20,000 nucleotides of DNA from an uncultured virus (IMG/VR IMGVR_UViG_3300027782_000070) (IMGVR_UViG_3300027782_000070), one strand, 5' to 3'. Positions 8,076-18,414 are shown, counted from the stretch's first letter. Notes: generated by a model not told the origin, from the sequence alone. Translations and numbers: made by a program.

Positions 8076-8904
8076 TCAAAAACAACTAAAAACCTGTTTA
8101 AGGTATCCTGGAGGAAAGTCCAGAGCAGTTCCAAAACTGGCACAGTATCTTCCTGAACTTAAAGATTATAATCAGTTTAGGGAACCATTTCTTGGTGGAG
8201 GAAGTGTTGCAATTTATGTTACTAAACAATATCCAAATTTAGATATTTGGGTAAATGACCTTTATGAACCTTTGGTAAATTTCTGGCAGCAACTCCAGAT
8301 GTTTGGTATTGATATTACTAATGTTCTTATGTCTCTTAAGAGAACTTGTGACACACCAGATAAAGCAAGACAACTTTTCTTAGTATCTAAGGATAAAATC
8401 AACAATAATAATCTATCAGATTTTGATCGTGCTGTTGCCTTTTATATTGTCAATAAATGTTCTTTTAGTGGTCTTACTGAGTCATCTTCTTTCTCAGCAC
8501 AGGCATCTGACAATAACTTCAGTATAAGAGGTATAGAGAAACTACCAGAGTATTCTAAACTTATTGGGAAGTGGAGTATAACTAATTATTCCTATGATTA
8601 TTTGATGGATGGAAATGAGGGTGCTTTTTTGTATCTTGATCCTCCTTATGATATTAAGGACAATCTCTATGGCAACAAAGGATCAATGCACAAAGGATTT
8701 GATCACGATAAGTTTGCTGCTGATTGTGACTCTAATTTTATGGATATGATGGTAAGTTATAATTCAACTCAACTTATTAAAGATAGATTTAAAGATTGGA
8801 AAGTAATTGAGTTTGCTCATACTTATACTATGAGGTCAGTTGGGGATTATATGAAAGACCAACATGAACGAAAAGAATTGATTTTGATTAATTATGAGTT
8901 ATGA
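8065..8904 (+). CDS. dam: Dam-like DNA adenine methyltransferase (alpha/D12 class)
   Basis: LRYPGGKS, motif I EPFLGGGSV and motif IV YLDPPY. GATC specificity is not established from the sequence. Confidence 0.92.
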   Translation: MPISQKQLKTCLRYPGGKSRAVPKLAQYLPELKDYNQFREPFLGGGSVAIYVTKQYPNLDIWVNDLYEPLVNFWQQLQMFGIDITNVLMSLKRTCDTPDKARQLFLVSKDKINNNNLSDFDRAVAFYIVNKCSFSGLTESSSFSAQASDNNFSIRGIEKLPEYSKLIGKWSITNYSYDYLMDGNEGAFLYLDPPYDIKDNLYGNKGSMHKGFDHDKFAADCDSNFMDMMVSYNSTQLIKDRFKDWKVIEFAHTYTMRSVGDYMKDQHERKELILINYEL

Positions 8905-9280
8905 ATTGAAGGATTGGTTGAACTCAATTAACCAAACCAAAAAGAATATTATGGACGAAGACCCTTCTTCTATAAAAGATTATGCACCCTACATTATTAA
9001 CAGATGTCTATCAGGACATATTGATTGTTTAATGTATTCTAATGAGATGAATAAGTATCCCTCATTAGATAAAAAGTTACAATATGATTTTTTTATAAAT
9101 ATTGTTAGAAACAAGAAGAGATACTCTCCTTGGTTGAAACAAGAAAAGATCAAAGACCTTGAAGTAGTTAAATCTTACTATGGATATAGTAATGAGAAAG
9201 CAAAGCAAGCTTTGAGAATTCTGTCTGAAAAACAACTTAATTTTATTAAACAAAAACTTGAAACTGGAGGAAGGAAATGA
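8894..9280 (+). CDS. gp62: Clamp loader small subunit gp62
   Basis: LKDWLNSINQTK, YAPYIINRCLS and YYGYSNEKAKQAL motifs; lies before regA. Confidence 0.95.
   Translation: MSYELKDWLNSINQTKKNIMDEDPSSIKDYAPYIINRCLSGHIDCLMYSNEMNKYPSLDKKLQYDFFINIVRNKKRYSPWLKQEKIKDLEVVKSYYGYSNEKAKQALRILSEKQLNFIKQKLETGGRK
9094..9101 (+). promoter_or_regulatory. T4-type late promoter TATAAATA inside gp62, upstream of regA
   Basis: Exact consensus about 175 nt upstream of the regA start. Confidence 0.5.
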
Positions 9281-9717
9281 GTGTTGTTAATGAGCCTGAA
9301 GTGAAATGGTCCCCAGACCAAATGGTGGAAGTAAGTTTAAATGAACCAGATGATTTTTTGAAAGTTCGTGAAACCCTTACAAGAATTGGGGTTGCATCAC
9401 GTAAAGAAAAGAAAATCTATCAATCTTGCCATATTCTTCATAAGCAAGGTAGATATTATCTTGTTCACTTTAAAGAATTGTTTGCCCTTGATGGTAAGCA
9501 CGCAAATCTTACTTTGAATGATATTCAAAGACGTAATAGAATTGTTCAACTTATTGCTGATTGGGGTCTGGTTACTGTTCTGAATCCAGAAAAGATTACT
9601 GATATTGCTCCACTTAATCAAATTAAAGTTCTTGCTTATAAAGAAAAGGATGAGTGGATTTTAGAAACTAAGTATAATATTGGTGCTAAAAAGAAAAAGG
9701 TAGAGGAAACTGAATAA
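9277..9717 (+). CDS. regA: Translational repressor RegA
   Basis: PDDFLKVRETLTRIGVAS and YQSCHILHKQGRYYLVHFKELFALDG motifs. Confidence 0.97.
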   Translation: MSVVNEPEVKWSPDQMVEVSLNEPDDFLKVRETLTRIGVASRKEKKIYQSCHILHKQGRYYLVHFKELFALDGKHANLTLNDIQRRNRIVQLIADWGLVTVLNPEKITDIAPLNQIKVLAYKEKDEWILETKYNIGAKKKKVEETE

Positions 9718-9741
9718 ATATTATTGAATATTGTTGCTGCT

Positions 9742-9781
9742 GGGGGAAGGATGGTCACAGTCATCCATTCCCCCCTTTTTT
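9742..9781 (+). terminator. Rho-independent terminator after regA
   Basis: Stem GGGGGAA-GGATGG / TCATCC-A-TTCCCCC with one bulge, followed by T6 (9776-9781). Confidence 0.85.
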
Positions 9782-9788
9782 ATAAATA
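9781..9788 (+). promoter_or_regulatory. T4-type late promoter TATAAATA for the nucleotidyltransferase gene
   Basis: Exact consensus in an intergenic position, 16 nt before ATG 9805. Confidence 0.8.
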
Positions 9789-9804
9789 TCAATAAAAGCA
9801 ATAG

Positions 9805-10533
9805 ATGAAAAATTATAAAACTTTCTTTGGGGAATCCATATCATTTCAAATACATGATACTTTAAATCCAACTTTTTGGGATGGAGAAAAATTACGTCCA
9901 AAAGTTAGGATTCAACTTAAAAAGATTGCTGCTGCTTGGGTAGATTATGTTGGAATTGATAAGGGTTCAGTAGAGGATATTTTACTTCTTGGTGGTAATG
10001 CTGGATATAACTATACAAAATATTCAGATTTAGATTTACATGTTGTTATTGATAAAAGTAAATCTCCAAATTGTCCAGAACTTTTGGATGATTATTTCAA
10101 AGATAAAAAACAACTTTGGACCTTGACTCATGATGTTACAATTTATGGACATGATGTAGAACCTTATATTGAAGAAGTTGGGAAGAAAAGAAGAAAAAAT
10201 CAAGGAGTGTATTCTGTAAAGTATAATAAGTGGGTAGTTTTCCCTGGAAAGTTTGATGGGACTATTGATAGAGACTTGCTAAAAACCAAAGTTGATGATA
10301 TGATTGGTAAGATTAATAGTGTGATTAACCACTCAAATAATGTCTCAGTATTAGAAAGTCTTTTGAAAAAGATTAGAGATATGAGAAATTCTGGACTAGA
10401 TAAGTCTGGCGAGTTTGCCTTTGAAAATCTTGTTTTCAAAGAACTAAGAAACAAAGGTTACATAGACAAACTTGCAGATCACATTTTAAAATTACAAGAT
10501 AAAACCCTTACATTGGAGAATTATGTCTGTTAA
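9805..10533 (+). CDS. Pol-beta-superfamily nucleotidyltransferase of unknown substrate
   Basis: LLLGGNAGYNYTKYSDLDLHV fits hG[GS]-x(9-13)-DhD; candidate third acid in GHDVEPY; helical C-terminal domain. Confidence 0.82.
   Translation: MKNYKTFFGESISFQIHDTLNPTFWDGEKLRPKVRIQLKKIAAAWVDYVGIDKGSVEDILLLGGNAGYNYTKYSDLDLHVVIDKSKSPNCPELLDDYFKDKKQLWTLTHDVTIYGHDVEPYIEEVGKKRRKNQGVYSVKYNKWVVFPGKFDGTIDRDLLKTKVDDMIGKINSVINHSNNVSVLESLLKKIRDMRNSGLDKSGEFAFENLVFKELRNKGYIDKLADHILKLQDKTLTLENYVC
10463..10492 (+). promoter_or_regulatory. Possible sigma70 promoter TAGACA-N18-TAAAAT for the gp43 operon
   Basis: TAGACA 10463-10468 and TAAAAT 10487-10492, 30 nt before ATG 10523. The AT-rich background lowers confidence. 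Confidence 0.35.
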
Positions 10534-10810
10534 ACTTTTGATTTTAAAATCCTATGAGGATGTAATTGCAGAAGTTACTGAGATTTTTAATGGGATTAAA
10601 GTTACTCATTATGAACTTAGTAATCCTTATGTAACTCGTCTTGATACTGATAAAGTAACTTTTTATCCTTATGCAGCATTGTCTAAAGATAAAGTTATTA
10701 CTATTTCAACTGATTGGGTGGTTACTGTTGTAGAACCACTTGATGAACTTAAAACATCCTATTTGGAGAAATTGAATGCAAAACTTGAAGATTCTAATCC
10801 TGAAGAATGA
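10523..10810 (+). CDS. Conserved hypothetical protein upstream of gp43 (possible Sm-like fold)
   Basis: MSVKLLILKSYEDVIA...DWVVTVVEP; GGAG Shine-Dalgarno; conserved position in T4-like cyanophages. Confidence 0.8.
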   Translation: MSVKLLILKSYEDVIAEVTEIFNGIKVTHYELSNPYVTRLDTDKVTFYPYAALSKDKVITISTDWVVTVVEPLDELKTSYLEKLNAKLEDSNPEE

Positions 10811-11039
10811 TTCCATTCTTATTACTGAAATTGATGAAGTAGCAGGTGAACTTGGAGAACCAGATTGTAAACTGATTAATCCTTGTCAGATGCTTGTTTC
10901 TGATGCTGCAACTTATGATATGAGGAAGTGGCCAGTTTTTACTGATCAGAAAGAACTTATGATTCATTCTGATTCTATCTTTACTATTGTTGATCCAAAA
11001 CCAGATCAAATTGAACTTTATTTAAAAACTATTAAATGA
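10776..11039 (+). CDS. Conserved hypothetical protein upstream of gp43, probable paralog of the previous gene
   Basis: KILILKN...GEPDCKLINP...SDSIFTIVDP; GGAG Shine-Dalgarno; ATGA overlap with gp43. Confidence 0.8.
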   Translation: MQNLKILILKNDSILITEIDEVAGELGEPDCKLINPCQMLVSDAATYDMRKWPVFTDQKELMIHSDSIFTIVDPKPDQIELYLKTIK

Positions 11040-13528
11040 AATATTATACTAATGTAGTTCTTGTTGGAAATGAAATACTTTCCAGAGGTTTTGATAATGG
11101 TGAGCATTTTAAGAATAGGGAGCCTTTTTACCCTACTATTTTTGTTCCCAGTAAAAAGAAAACAAAATATAAGACCCTTGAGGGTACTTATGTTGATGAA
11201 ATTAAACCTGGAACTATTAGAGAAACAAGAGAATTCATTAGTAAATATGAGAATGTAGATAACTTTGCCTTGTATGGAAATACAAGGTACATCAATCAAT
11301 ATATTTCAGAAACATATCCTGGTGAAGTAAAGTTTGATATTATTAAAATTAAACTTATTACAATTGATATTGAGGTAGCATCTGAGAATGGATTTCCAGA
11401 TGTTCAATCTTGTGAAGAGGAACTTCTTACTATTTCTATTCAAGATTATGCTACCAAAAATATTCTTACTTGGGGTGTTAGACCATTCATCAATACAAAC
11501 CCAAATGTTAAGTATTCTCAGTGTAATGGTGAAGCAGACCTATTAGATCAGTTTATGTTCTATTGGGAGAGTAATCACCCAGAAGTAATTACTGGATGGA
11601 ATTCTGAATATTATGATATTCCATATGTTTATGGACGTCTTTGTAAAGTTCTTGGAGAGAAGGTTGCCAAACAAATTTCACCTTGGGGTATTGTAACTGA
11701 AGGAGAAGTTATTGTTAATGGTAGGTCTAATAAGGTTTATGATATTGCTGGTATTACTCAACTTGATTATCTGACCCTGTATAAGAAGTTTACTTATACC
11801 AATCAAGAATCTTATAGGTTGGATCATATTGCTAAGGTAGAACTGGGGCAACAGAAGTTGGATCACAGTGAGTATGATACCTTTAAAGAGTTCTATACTA
11901 AAGATTGGCAAAAGTTTGTAGAATACAACATCAAGGACGTGGAACTTGTTGACCGTTTGGAAGACAAGATGAAACTAATTGAACTTGCCATTACTATGGC
12001 GTATGACTCAAAGGGTAACTATAATGATGTATTCTATCAGGTAAGGATGTGGGATTCCATCATCTATAACTATCTAAAGGAGAGAAATATTGTTATCCCT
12101 TTTAAGAAAGAAAATAAAAAGGACCAGAAGTATGCAGGAGCATATGTAAAGGATCCTATTGTTGGTAGGCACGATTGGGTTGTAAGTTTCGATTTAAATT
12201 CACTTTATCCTCACCTGATTATGCAATATAATATTTCACCAGAAACTTTGATAGAAGATAAGTTTTTGAATATTTCTGTTGATAAGGTTCTTAAAAAACA
12301 AATTAGTATTCCAAAAGATTTTCCATATGCAGTTTGTGCTAATGGGTCTATGTACAGGAAAGATGTACGTGGATTTCTTCCTGAACTAATGGACAAGATT
12401 TATCAGGATCGTACCATCTACAAAAAGAAGATGCTTGCTGCCCAACAGCAGTATGAAAAGACCCCTACCAAAGAATTGGAAAAGGAAATCTCTAGATGCA
12501 AGAACATTCAGATGGCTAGGAAGATTCAATTGAACTCTGCCTATGGTGCTGTTGGTAATGAGTATTTTAGATATTATAAGTTGGAGAATGCTGAGGCAGT
12601 TACTCTTTCTGGTCAAGTTTCAATCCGTTGGATTGAAGATAGGATAAACATTTACATTAACAAAATCCTTAAAACAAATGATGTTGACTATGTTATTGCT
12701 TCTGATACTGATTCTATCTACCTTAATATGGGTCCTTTGGTGGAGACTATATTCAAAGGAAGAGAAAAAACTACTGAGAGCGTTGTTTCGTTCCTTGATA
12801 AGATCTGTAAGGTGGAACTTGAAAAATATATTGAGAGTTGTTACCAAGAACTGGCTGACTATGTGAATGCCTATGCCCAGAAGATGCAGATGAAGAGGGA
12901 GAATATTGCTGAGAGGGGTATTTGGACTGCTAAGAAAAGATACATTTTGAATGTTTGGGACTCTGAAGGTGTTAGGTATTCTGAACCTAAACTTAAGATT
13001 ATGGGAATGGAGGCAGTTAAATCCTCAACTCCTGCACCTTGTAGGACTATGATTAAAGAAGCATTCAAGATTATTATGACCAAAACTGAAGATGATATGA
13101 TTGAATATATCAGCAACAGTAGAAAGTATTTTTATAGTCTTCCTCCAGAAGAAATTTCTTTTCCACGATCAGCTAACAATATCAATAAGTATAAATCCCA
13201 TAGTATGATTTATGGGAAGGGGACACCTATTCACGTGAGGGGAGTTCTCCTGTATAATCACTATATCAAGGAGAATAACTTAGACAATAAATATCCCATT
13301 ATCAATAATGGAGAAAAGATTAAATTTTGTTATCTCAAAAAAGCAAACCCAATTAGGGAGAATGTTATCTCCTTTATTCAACAGTTTCCTAAGGAATTAA
13401 ATCTTGGTAAATATGTTGATTATGAACTTCAGTTTGAGAAAAGTTTTCTTGAACCTTTAAAAACTATTCTTCAGTGTATTGGTTGGGGCACTGAGAAGAA
13501 AAATACATTAGAATTCCTTTTTAGTTAA
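11036..13528 (+). CDS. gp43: Family B DNA polymerase gp43
   Basis: Exo I DIE, Exo [10 protein letters not shown], Exo III YNIKD; polymerase motifs [16 protein letters not shown] and SDTDS; C-terminal clamp-binding TLEFLF. No intein-sized insertion. Confidence 0.98.
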   Translation: MKYYTNVVLVGNEILSRGFDNGEHFKNREPFYPTIFVPSKKKTKYKTLEGTYVDEIKPGTIRETREFISKYENVDNFALYGNTRYINQYISETYPGEVKFDIIKIKLITIDIEVASENGFPDVQSCEEELLTISIQDYATKNILTWGVRPFINTNPNVKYSQCNGEADLLDQFMFYWESNHPEVITGWNSEYYDIPYVYGRLCKVLGEKVAKQISPWGIVTEGEVIVNGRSNKVYDIAGITQLDYLTLYKKFTYTNQESYRLDHIAKVELGQQKLDHSEYDTFKEFYTKDWQKFVEYNIKDVELVDRLEDKMKLIELAITMAYDSKGNYNDVFYQVRMWDSIIYNYLKERNIVIPFKKENKKDQKYAGAYVKDPIVGRHDWVVSFDLNSLYPHLIMQYNISPETLIEDKFLNISVDKVLKKQISIPKDFPYAVCANGSMYRKDVRGFLPELMDKIYQDRTIYKKKMLAAQQQYEKTPTKELEKEISRCKNIQMARKIQLNSAYGAVGNEYFRYYKLENAEAVTLSGQVSIRWIEDRINIYINKILKTNDVDYVIASDTDSIYLNMGPLVETIFKGREKTTESVVSFLDKICKVELEKYIESCYQELADYVNAYAQKMQMKRENIAERGIWTAKKRYILNVWDSEGVRYSEPKLKIMGMEAVKSSTPAPCRTMIKEAFKIIMTKTEDDMIEYISNSRKYFYSLPPEEISFPRSANNINKYKSHSMIYGKGTPIHVRGVLLYNHYIKENNLDNKYPIINNGEKIKFCYLKKANPIRENVISFIQQFPKELNLGKYVDYELQFEKSFLEPLKTILQCIGWGTEKKNTLEFLFS

Positions 13529-13530
13529 CT

Positions 13531-14535
13531 ATGGACTTTTTAAAAGATATTGTAAAAGAAATTGGTGGAGAATACACACAACTGGCAGCAGACATTGATG
13601 AACGTGAATCTTATGTGGACACGGGTTCGTACATATTTAATGCTCTTGTATCTGGGAGTATCTTTGGTGGTGTATCTGGCAACAAAATTACTGCAATCGC
13701 AGGTGAAAGTTCTACTGGAAAAACTTTCTTTAGTTTGGCTGTGGTCAAGAATTTTCTTGATAATAATCCTACTGGATACTGTTTGTATTTTGATACTGAG
13801 GCTGCAATCACCAGATCCTTATTGGAGAGTAGAGGGGTTGACACAACTCGTGTGGTGGTTGTCAATGTAGTAACAGTTGAGGAGTTTCGTGGTAAGGCAC
13901 TAAAGGCAGTTGACTTGTATATGAAAAAACCTGAGGGGGAGCGCAGTCCTTGTATGTTTGTGCTAGACTCTCTGGGTATGCTTTCAACCAGTAAGGAGAT
14001 TAATGATGCTTTAAATGATAAGGAAGTTAGGGACATGACCAAATCCCAACTTATTAAGGGGGCATTTAGAATGCTCACCCTAAAACTTGGTCAGGCAAAC
14101 ATTCCAATGATTGTAACCAATCATACCTATGATGTTATTGGTGCCTATGTTCCTACTAAGGAAATGGGTGGTGGTAGTGGTCTTAAGTATGCTGCATCTT
14201 CTATCATCTATCTTTCTAAAAAGAAAGAAAAAGATGGAACAGATGTGATTGGTAATATTATCAAATGTAAGACACAAAAATCACGTTTAAGTAAGGAGAA
14301 TCAAGATGTTGAAGTACGTCTTTATTATGATGAGCGTGGTCTTGATAGATATTATGGTTTGCTTGAACTTGGAGAATTGGGTGGGTTATGGAAGAATGTT
14401 GCTGGTAGATATGAAATGGATGGTAAGAAGATTTATGCAAAACAAATTCTTGCAGAACCTGAAAAATATTTCACTCCTGAAGTAATGCAGGCACTTGATG
14501 AGACTGCAAAAAAACAATTTAGTTATGGGGGATGA
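13531..14535 (+). CDS. uvsX: UvsX RecA-like recombinase
   Basis: Walker [19 protein letters not shown] and [12 protein letters not shown]. Confidence 0.96.
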   Translation: MDFLKDIVKEIGGEYTQLAADIDERESYVDTGSYIFNALVSGSIFGGVSGNKITAIAGESSTGKTFFSLAVVKNFLDNNPTGYCLYFDTEAAITRSLLESRGVDTTRVVVVNVVTVEEFRGKALKAVDLYMKKPEGERSPCMFVLDSLGMLSTSKEINDALNDKEVRDMTKSQLIKGAFRMLTLKLGQANIPMIVTNHTYDVIGAYVPTKEMGGGSGLKYAASSIIYLSKKKEKDGTDVIGNIIKCKTQKSRLSKENQDVEVRLYYDERGLDRYYGLLELGELGGLWKNVAGRYEMDGKKIYAKQILAEPEKYFTPEVMQALDETAKKQFSYGG

Positions 14536-15911
14536 TGGAAAAAGTTGAAACTACTATCTTAAGAAATTTACTTTTTAATAATGAATATTGTAGAAAGGTC
14601 CTTCCTTTTATTAAAACCGAATACTTTGAGAACCTTCATGAGAAGGTAGTTTTTGAAGAAATTTGTAAGTTCATTGTTGCTTATGATGACCTTGCTACTA
14701 AAGAAGTTCTTTTGATTGAAACAGAAAAAAGAACTGATATTACAGAAGATACTTACAGAACTATTTGTGAGTATATTTCTACTCTTGATGATTCATCTGC
14801 AGATAAGCAGTGGTTAGTAGATACTACAGAAAAGTGGTGTAGAGATAGGGCAATCTATCTTGCACTTATGGAAAGTATCAAGATTGCTGATGGACAAGAT
14901 GAAAAGAAATCAAGAGATTCTATTCCATCCATTCTTCAAGAAGCACTTGCAGTTGGATTTGATAATAACATTGGACATGATTACTTAAAAGATTACGAAC
15001 AAAGGTATGACTCTTATCACAAAAAGGAAAACAAAATTCCATTTGACCTTGAGTATTTTAACAAAGTTACAAAAGGAGGTCTCCCTACTAAAACTCTCAA
15101 TATCGCACTTGCTGGTACTGGGGTCGGGAAGTCTCTATTCATGTGCCATGTGGCTAGCTCCGTCTTGCTCCAAGGGAGGAACGTATTGTACATTACGCTT
15201 GAAATGGCAGAAGAGCGCATTGCAGAAAGGATTGACGCTAACCTGTTGAATGTAAACATCAAAGACATTCAAGATTTGCCAAAGCAAATGTTTGAAAGTA
15301 AGGTGAATACCCTTGCTAAGAAAACACAAGGCACGCTGATTATCAAAGAGTATCCAACTGCATCAGCACACTCTGGACACTTCAAAGCACTTCTTAATGA
15401 ACTATCTCTTAAGAAGTCCTTTAGACCTGATATTATTTTTATTGATTATCTTAACATCTGTGGTTCTTCAAGATACAAAAGCAACTTCTCTGTAAATTCT
15501 TATTCATATGTCAAGGCGATCGCAGAAGAACTCAGGGGACTTGCAGTTGAATGCAACGTACCAATTGTCTCTGCTACACAGACTACTAGGAGTGGTTATG
15601 GCAATAGTGATGTCGATCTCACTGATACCAGTGAATCTTTTGGTCTGCCAGCTACTGCTGACCTTATGTTTGCTCTCATCAGCACAGAGGATCTGGAGCA
15701 AATGGGACAGATAATGGTAAAACAATTGAAGAATAGGTATAATGACCCTACCATCAATAAGAGATTCGTTGTTGGTATTGATAGGGCAAAGATGAGACTC
15801 TTTGATGTAGAACAGAGTGCTCAACAGGATATACTTGACTCTGGACAAGAAGAAGAGTATACTTATAAAGAAGAATCCAAAAAAGAAAAATTCGCAGGGT
15901 TTAAATTCTAA
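14532..15911 (+). CDS. gp41: Replicative helicase gp41 (DnaB-like)
   Basis: Walker [42 protein letters not shown] and QLKNRY. Confidence 0.97.
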   Translation: MMEKVETTILRNLLFNNEYCRKVLPFIKTEYFENLHEKVVFEEICKFIVAYDDLATKEVLLIETEKRTDITEDTYRTICEYISTLDDSSADKQWLVDTTEKWCRDRAIYLALMESIKIADGQDEKKSRDSIPSILQEALAVGFDNNIGHDYLKDYEQRYDSYHKKENKIPFDLEYFNKVTKGGLPTKTLNIALAGTGVGKSLFMCHVASSVLLQGRNVLYITLEMAEERIAERIDANLLNVNIKDIQDLPKQMFESKVNTLAKKTQGTLIIKEYPTASAHSGHFKALLNELSLKKSFRPDIIFIDYLNICGSSRYKSNFSVNSYSYVKAIAEELRGLAVECNVPIVSATQTTRSGYGNSDVDLTDTSESFGLPATADLMFALISTEDLEQMGQIMVKQLKNRYNDPTINKRFVVGIDRAKMRLFDVEQSAQQDILDSGQEEEYTYKEESKKEKFAGFKF

Positions 15912-16321
15912 TGATTGAAAAAGTTGATTTTAGTAAGTACCAAAACTTTGTAGATGCTGTAACATCTGATGCATCTAAAGATTTTGTAGCATTCTCTGAT
16001 CGTATTGTTGAATTGGACAGGAAGGGTGCTAATATTGAAAGACTCCTCACTGCTGGCGTTGGCATCAATGCTGAAGGTGGTGAGTTCCTTGAGATTGTAA
16101 AGAAAATGATTTTCCAAGGTAAGTCCTGGAATGAAGACAACAAAGACCACCTGATTACTGAACTTGGTGATATGATGTGGTATGTGATGCAAGCTTGTAT
16201 TGCCCTTGAAGTTCCTATTGATTATGTGATTTCAAGGAATGTTGACAAACTGATGAAGCGTTATCCTGAAGGTGCATTTGATGTATTCTATTCAGAGAAT
16301 CGTGCTGACGACGATAGATAA
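15911..16321 (+). CDS. mazG: MazG-like nucleotide pyrophosphohydrolase
   Basis: AEGGEFLEIVKK...ELGDMMWY (ExxE...ExxD) and KLMKRYP; usual position after gp41. Confidence 0.93.
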   Translation: MIEKVDFSKYQNFVDAVTSDASKDFVAFSDRIVELDRKGANIERLLTAGVGINAEGGEFLEIVKKMIFQGKSWNEDNKDHLITELGDMMWYVMQACIALEVPIDYVISRNVDKLMKRYPEGAFDVFYSENRADDDR

Positions 16322-16332
16322 TAATAAAATCC

Positions 16333-17103
16333 ATGCCAAAAGAGTCTGATAGATACGAAGTATCGATTGCAGAAGAAATTGATAAAATAAAAGGTCTTAC
16401 TGCAGTAAGACCTGTAGCAAGTGTTCATTACTCTGATGTAAAAGTTAAAAAAGGAAATTTATCTGCTTGGGTTGAAGTTAAGATGGCTAGTAGGAGTGGA
16501 GAATATCCACAAATTGTGAGTACAAGATTTAATTATAATATTACATCTTCAGGACAGTGGGGGGCTACTAATTTTGGTGCTGGAGCTAAATTTATAGTAG
16601 ATAGACTTAATTCTTCAACAGCAACAAAAAATATTGTAAAAGAATTGTCTGAATTTACTAAAATACCTTTGGATAAATTAAAGATACCAACAACTTCTGG
16701 AGATTTAAAAAAATATGCTGATGTATCTCCCTCCAAAGAACAACTTAAAAAATTTTTGTCTGATGGAGGGGGAATAAGAGGTGGTCAATATATTTTTGAA
16801 AGTAAAAATATAGATATGGCTGAACTGGCTAAACTGCATTACATAACTGGAAAAACATCTTCAGCAGACTACATACAATTAGGAGATAATTTTTTTAGAA
16901 TGACTGAACATGATGCTTTTAAACTTACTAATGTTCCTATGTTAAATGGAAAAGGAAATTTATTAGTTAGATTTTCAATAAGAAGTTCAAAACCTTATTA
17001 TGAAATTCAACCAGAAGCTAAGTTTAATAAAAACAGTATTGTAAGTAGTAAATATTCATTTCACCCAGGAACTAAAAAACTAAACCCATTCTTCGCTTTA
17101 TAA
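16333..17103 (+). CDS. Putative PD-(D/E)xK restriction-endonuclease-like protein
   Basis: N-terminal helix with YE, then YSDVKV and WVEVKM (E...D...ExK); basic and AT-rich. Confidence 0.6.
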   Translation: MPKESDRYEVSIAEEIDKIKGLTAVRPVASVHYSDVKVKKGNLSAWVEVKMASRSGEYPQIVSTRFNYNITSSGQWGATNFGAGAKFIVDRLNSSTATKNIVKELSEFTKIPLDKLKIPTTSGDLKKYADVSPSKEQLKKFLSDGGGIRGGQYIFESKNIDMAELAKLHYITGKTSSADYIQLGDNFFRMTEHDAFKLTNVPMLNGKGNLLVRFSIRSSKPYYEIQPEAKFNKNSIVSSKYSFHPGTKKLNPFFAL

Positions 17104-17105
17104 TT

Positions 17106-18383
17106 ATGGCTACAGAAACAGATTTATTTGAAGCAGCATCTATTGTAACTTTTTACTATGCTGTAGATAAGGGAGCAGATTTAACTCCTAATCAAGATAT
17201 AATTCTTTTTGAAGATTTGAAAAAAGAATTTCCTAACATGGATAAGGAGTGGTATGAAGGACTTCTTAAACAAGCAAGAGCTCTTGTAAAATATCTTTCT
17301 CATTCAGAAGGATCTGAGGATACTTCTTGGAAATATGCAAGGTATGGTGGTAAAACAAAAACTTTACCATCCAGTAAAGATACTGATATTTACGATTATA
17401 TTTGGAATAGTTTTAATAGAGAACAACAAAAACTTTTTACAGGAAAAAAAGATAGTTGGAATACCACAGATGTTTATATGGTAAAAGCATCTGAAGAATA
17501 TAAAATTAGAAGTATGATTGATATTTTAAAAAAAGAATTTTCAGATGATAAAACTGCTCCAGAAATATACGTAGGAACAGTTAATGCTTACTTGAGTAGG
17601 CTTCTTCAAGAAAGAAAACTTTTGGGTATTTCATTAAAGAAACCAACAAAAGCAGAAACAGAATCTCATGTATATGAAACCAATATTGATGTTGGTCCTG
17701 ATGGAATTGAAGTTCATGAAGGTGAAATTATAGGTGATATGTTTACCTATATGGAAATTTCAAAAAGAGGAGGAGAAACAGATTTTGCAGGAAACTCTTT
17801 AACTTTTGAAGCACAATTTAAAGCAGGAAAATATATTAAAAGATATTTTTGGGAGAGTAAAGTTTCCAGTGCTGCTGCTCATGCAACAGAACCAAGAGAT
17901 AGAGTTCCTAATAACAAGGGAAAATATGTAAATGCTACTGCAAGGAATGGTGCTATTCCTGCTCCAAAAATGGCAGACCTTGTTAAAAAATATACTGGGG
18001 AAGATATTAATTATAATATTCCTTTAAGTGGAAAATTTACAGATGCTCATTTAAAATATTGGCAAAAATATTTTAAAGACATAGTTTCTGATAGAACTAT
18101 CAAAAAAGATTTTGGTAAAGTTTCTGTTTTGGGAAGACAAGTTTCCCCAGAAGTTTTTATTGAATTGGCTTTTGAATTAGATAAAGTATCTTCAAATCCT
18201 TCTGGCAAAAACTTTGCAGTTAAATTGAGAAGTAAACTAAGAATTCTTAGATATATTAAAATGTTTATTGAAGCAAAAAAGAAAAATAAATTAGCAGAAT
18301 TAGTTACTCATGCTTACTTCCTATCATCAAAAATGAACATTAGTCAATCTGACCTGTCTGGACCCTTTATCAAAGTCCAATGA
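17106..18383 (+). CDS. Putative restriction-endonuclease-like protein (WNxxD...ISLK variant)
   Basis: N-terminal FE helix, KDSWNTTDVYMV and LLGISLKK, consistent with a PD...SxK active-site variant. The ORF itself is solid (425 aa); the function is inferred. Confidence 0.5.
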   Translation: MATETDLFEAASIVTFYYAVDKGADLTPNQDIILFEDLKKEFPNMDKEWYEGLLKQARALVKYLSHSEGSEDTSWKYARYGGKTKTLPSSKDTDIYDYIWNSFNREQQKLFTGKKDSWNTTDVYMVKASEEYKIRSMIDILKKEFSDDKTAPEIYVGTVNAYLSRLLQERKLLGISLKKPTKAETESHVYETNIDVGPDGIEVHEGEIIGDMFTYMEISKRGGETDFAGNSLTFEAQFKAGKYIKRYFWESKVSSAAAHATEPRDRVPNNKGKYVNATARNGAIPAPKMADLVKKYTGEDINYNIPLSGKFTDAHLKYWQKYFKDIVSDRTIKKDFGKVSVLGRQVSPEVFIELAFELDKVSSNPSGKNFAVKLRSKLRILRYIKMFIEAKKKNKLAELVTHAYFLSSKMNISQSDLSGPFIKVQ

Positions 18384-18385
18384 TG

Positions 18386-18394
18386 TGCTACACT
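18386..18394 (+). promoter_or_regulatory. Extended -10 promoter (TGcTACACT) for the methyltransferase
   Basis: TG 18386-18387 and TACACT 18389-18394 in the 31-nt intergenic gap, followed by a GGAG Shine-Dalgarno. No good -35. Confidence 0.55.
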
Positions 18395-18414
18395 GGTAAA
18401 ATACTGGAGACCCT

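Noticed and set aside
7490..8100. Group I intron or intein hosting the LAGLIDADG ORF
   Set aside because: There is no room for a ribozyme core, no intein terminal motifs, and the flanking gp44 and dam genes are intact.
13611..14078. 155-aa minus-strand ORF, and the other minus-strand ORFs in the track
   Set aside because: They lie antisense to well-supported genes and have no motifs or evident RBS; they are typical shadow ORFs.
11036..15911. Inteins, introns or splits in gp43, uvsX or gp41
   Set aside because: Lengths and motif spacing are normal and the frames are continuous.
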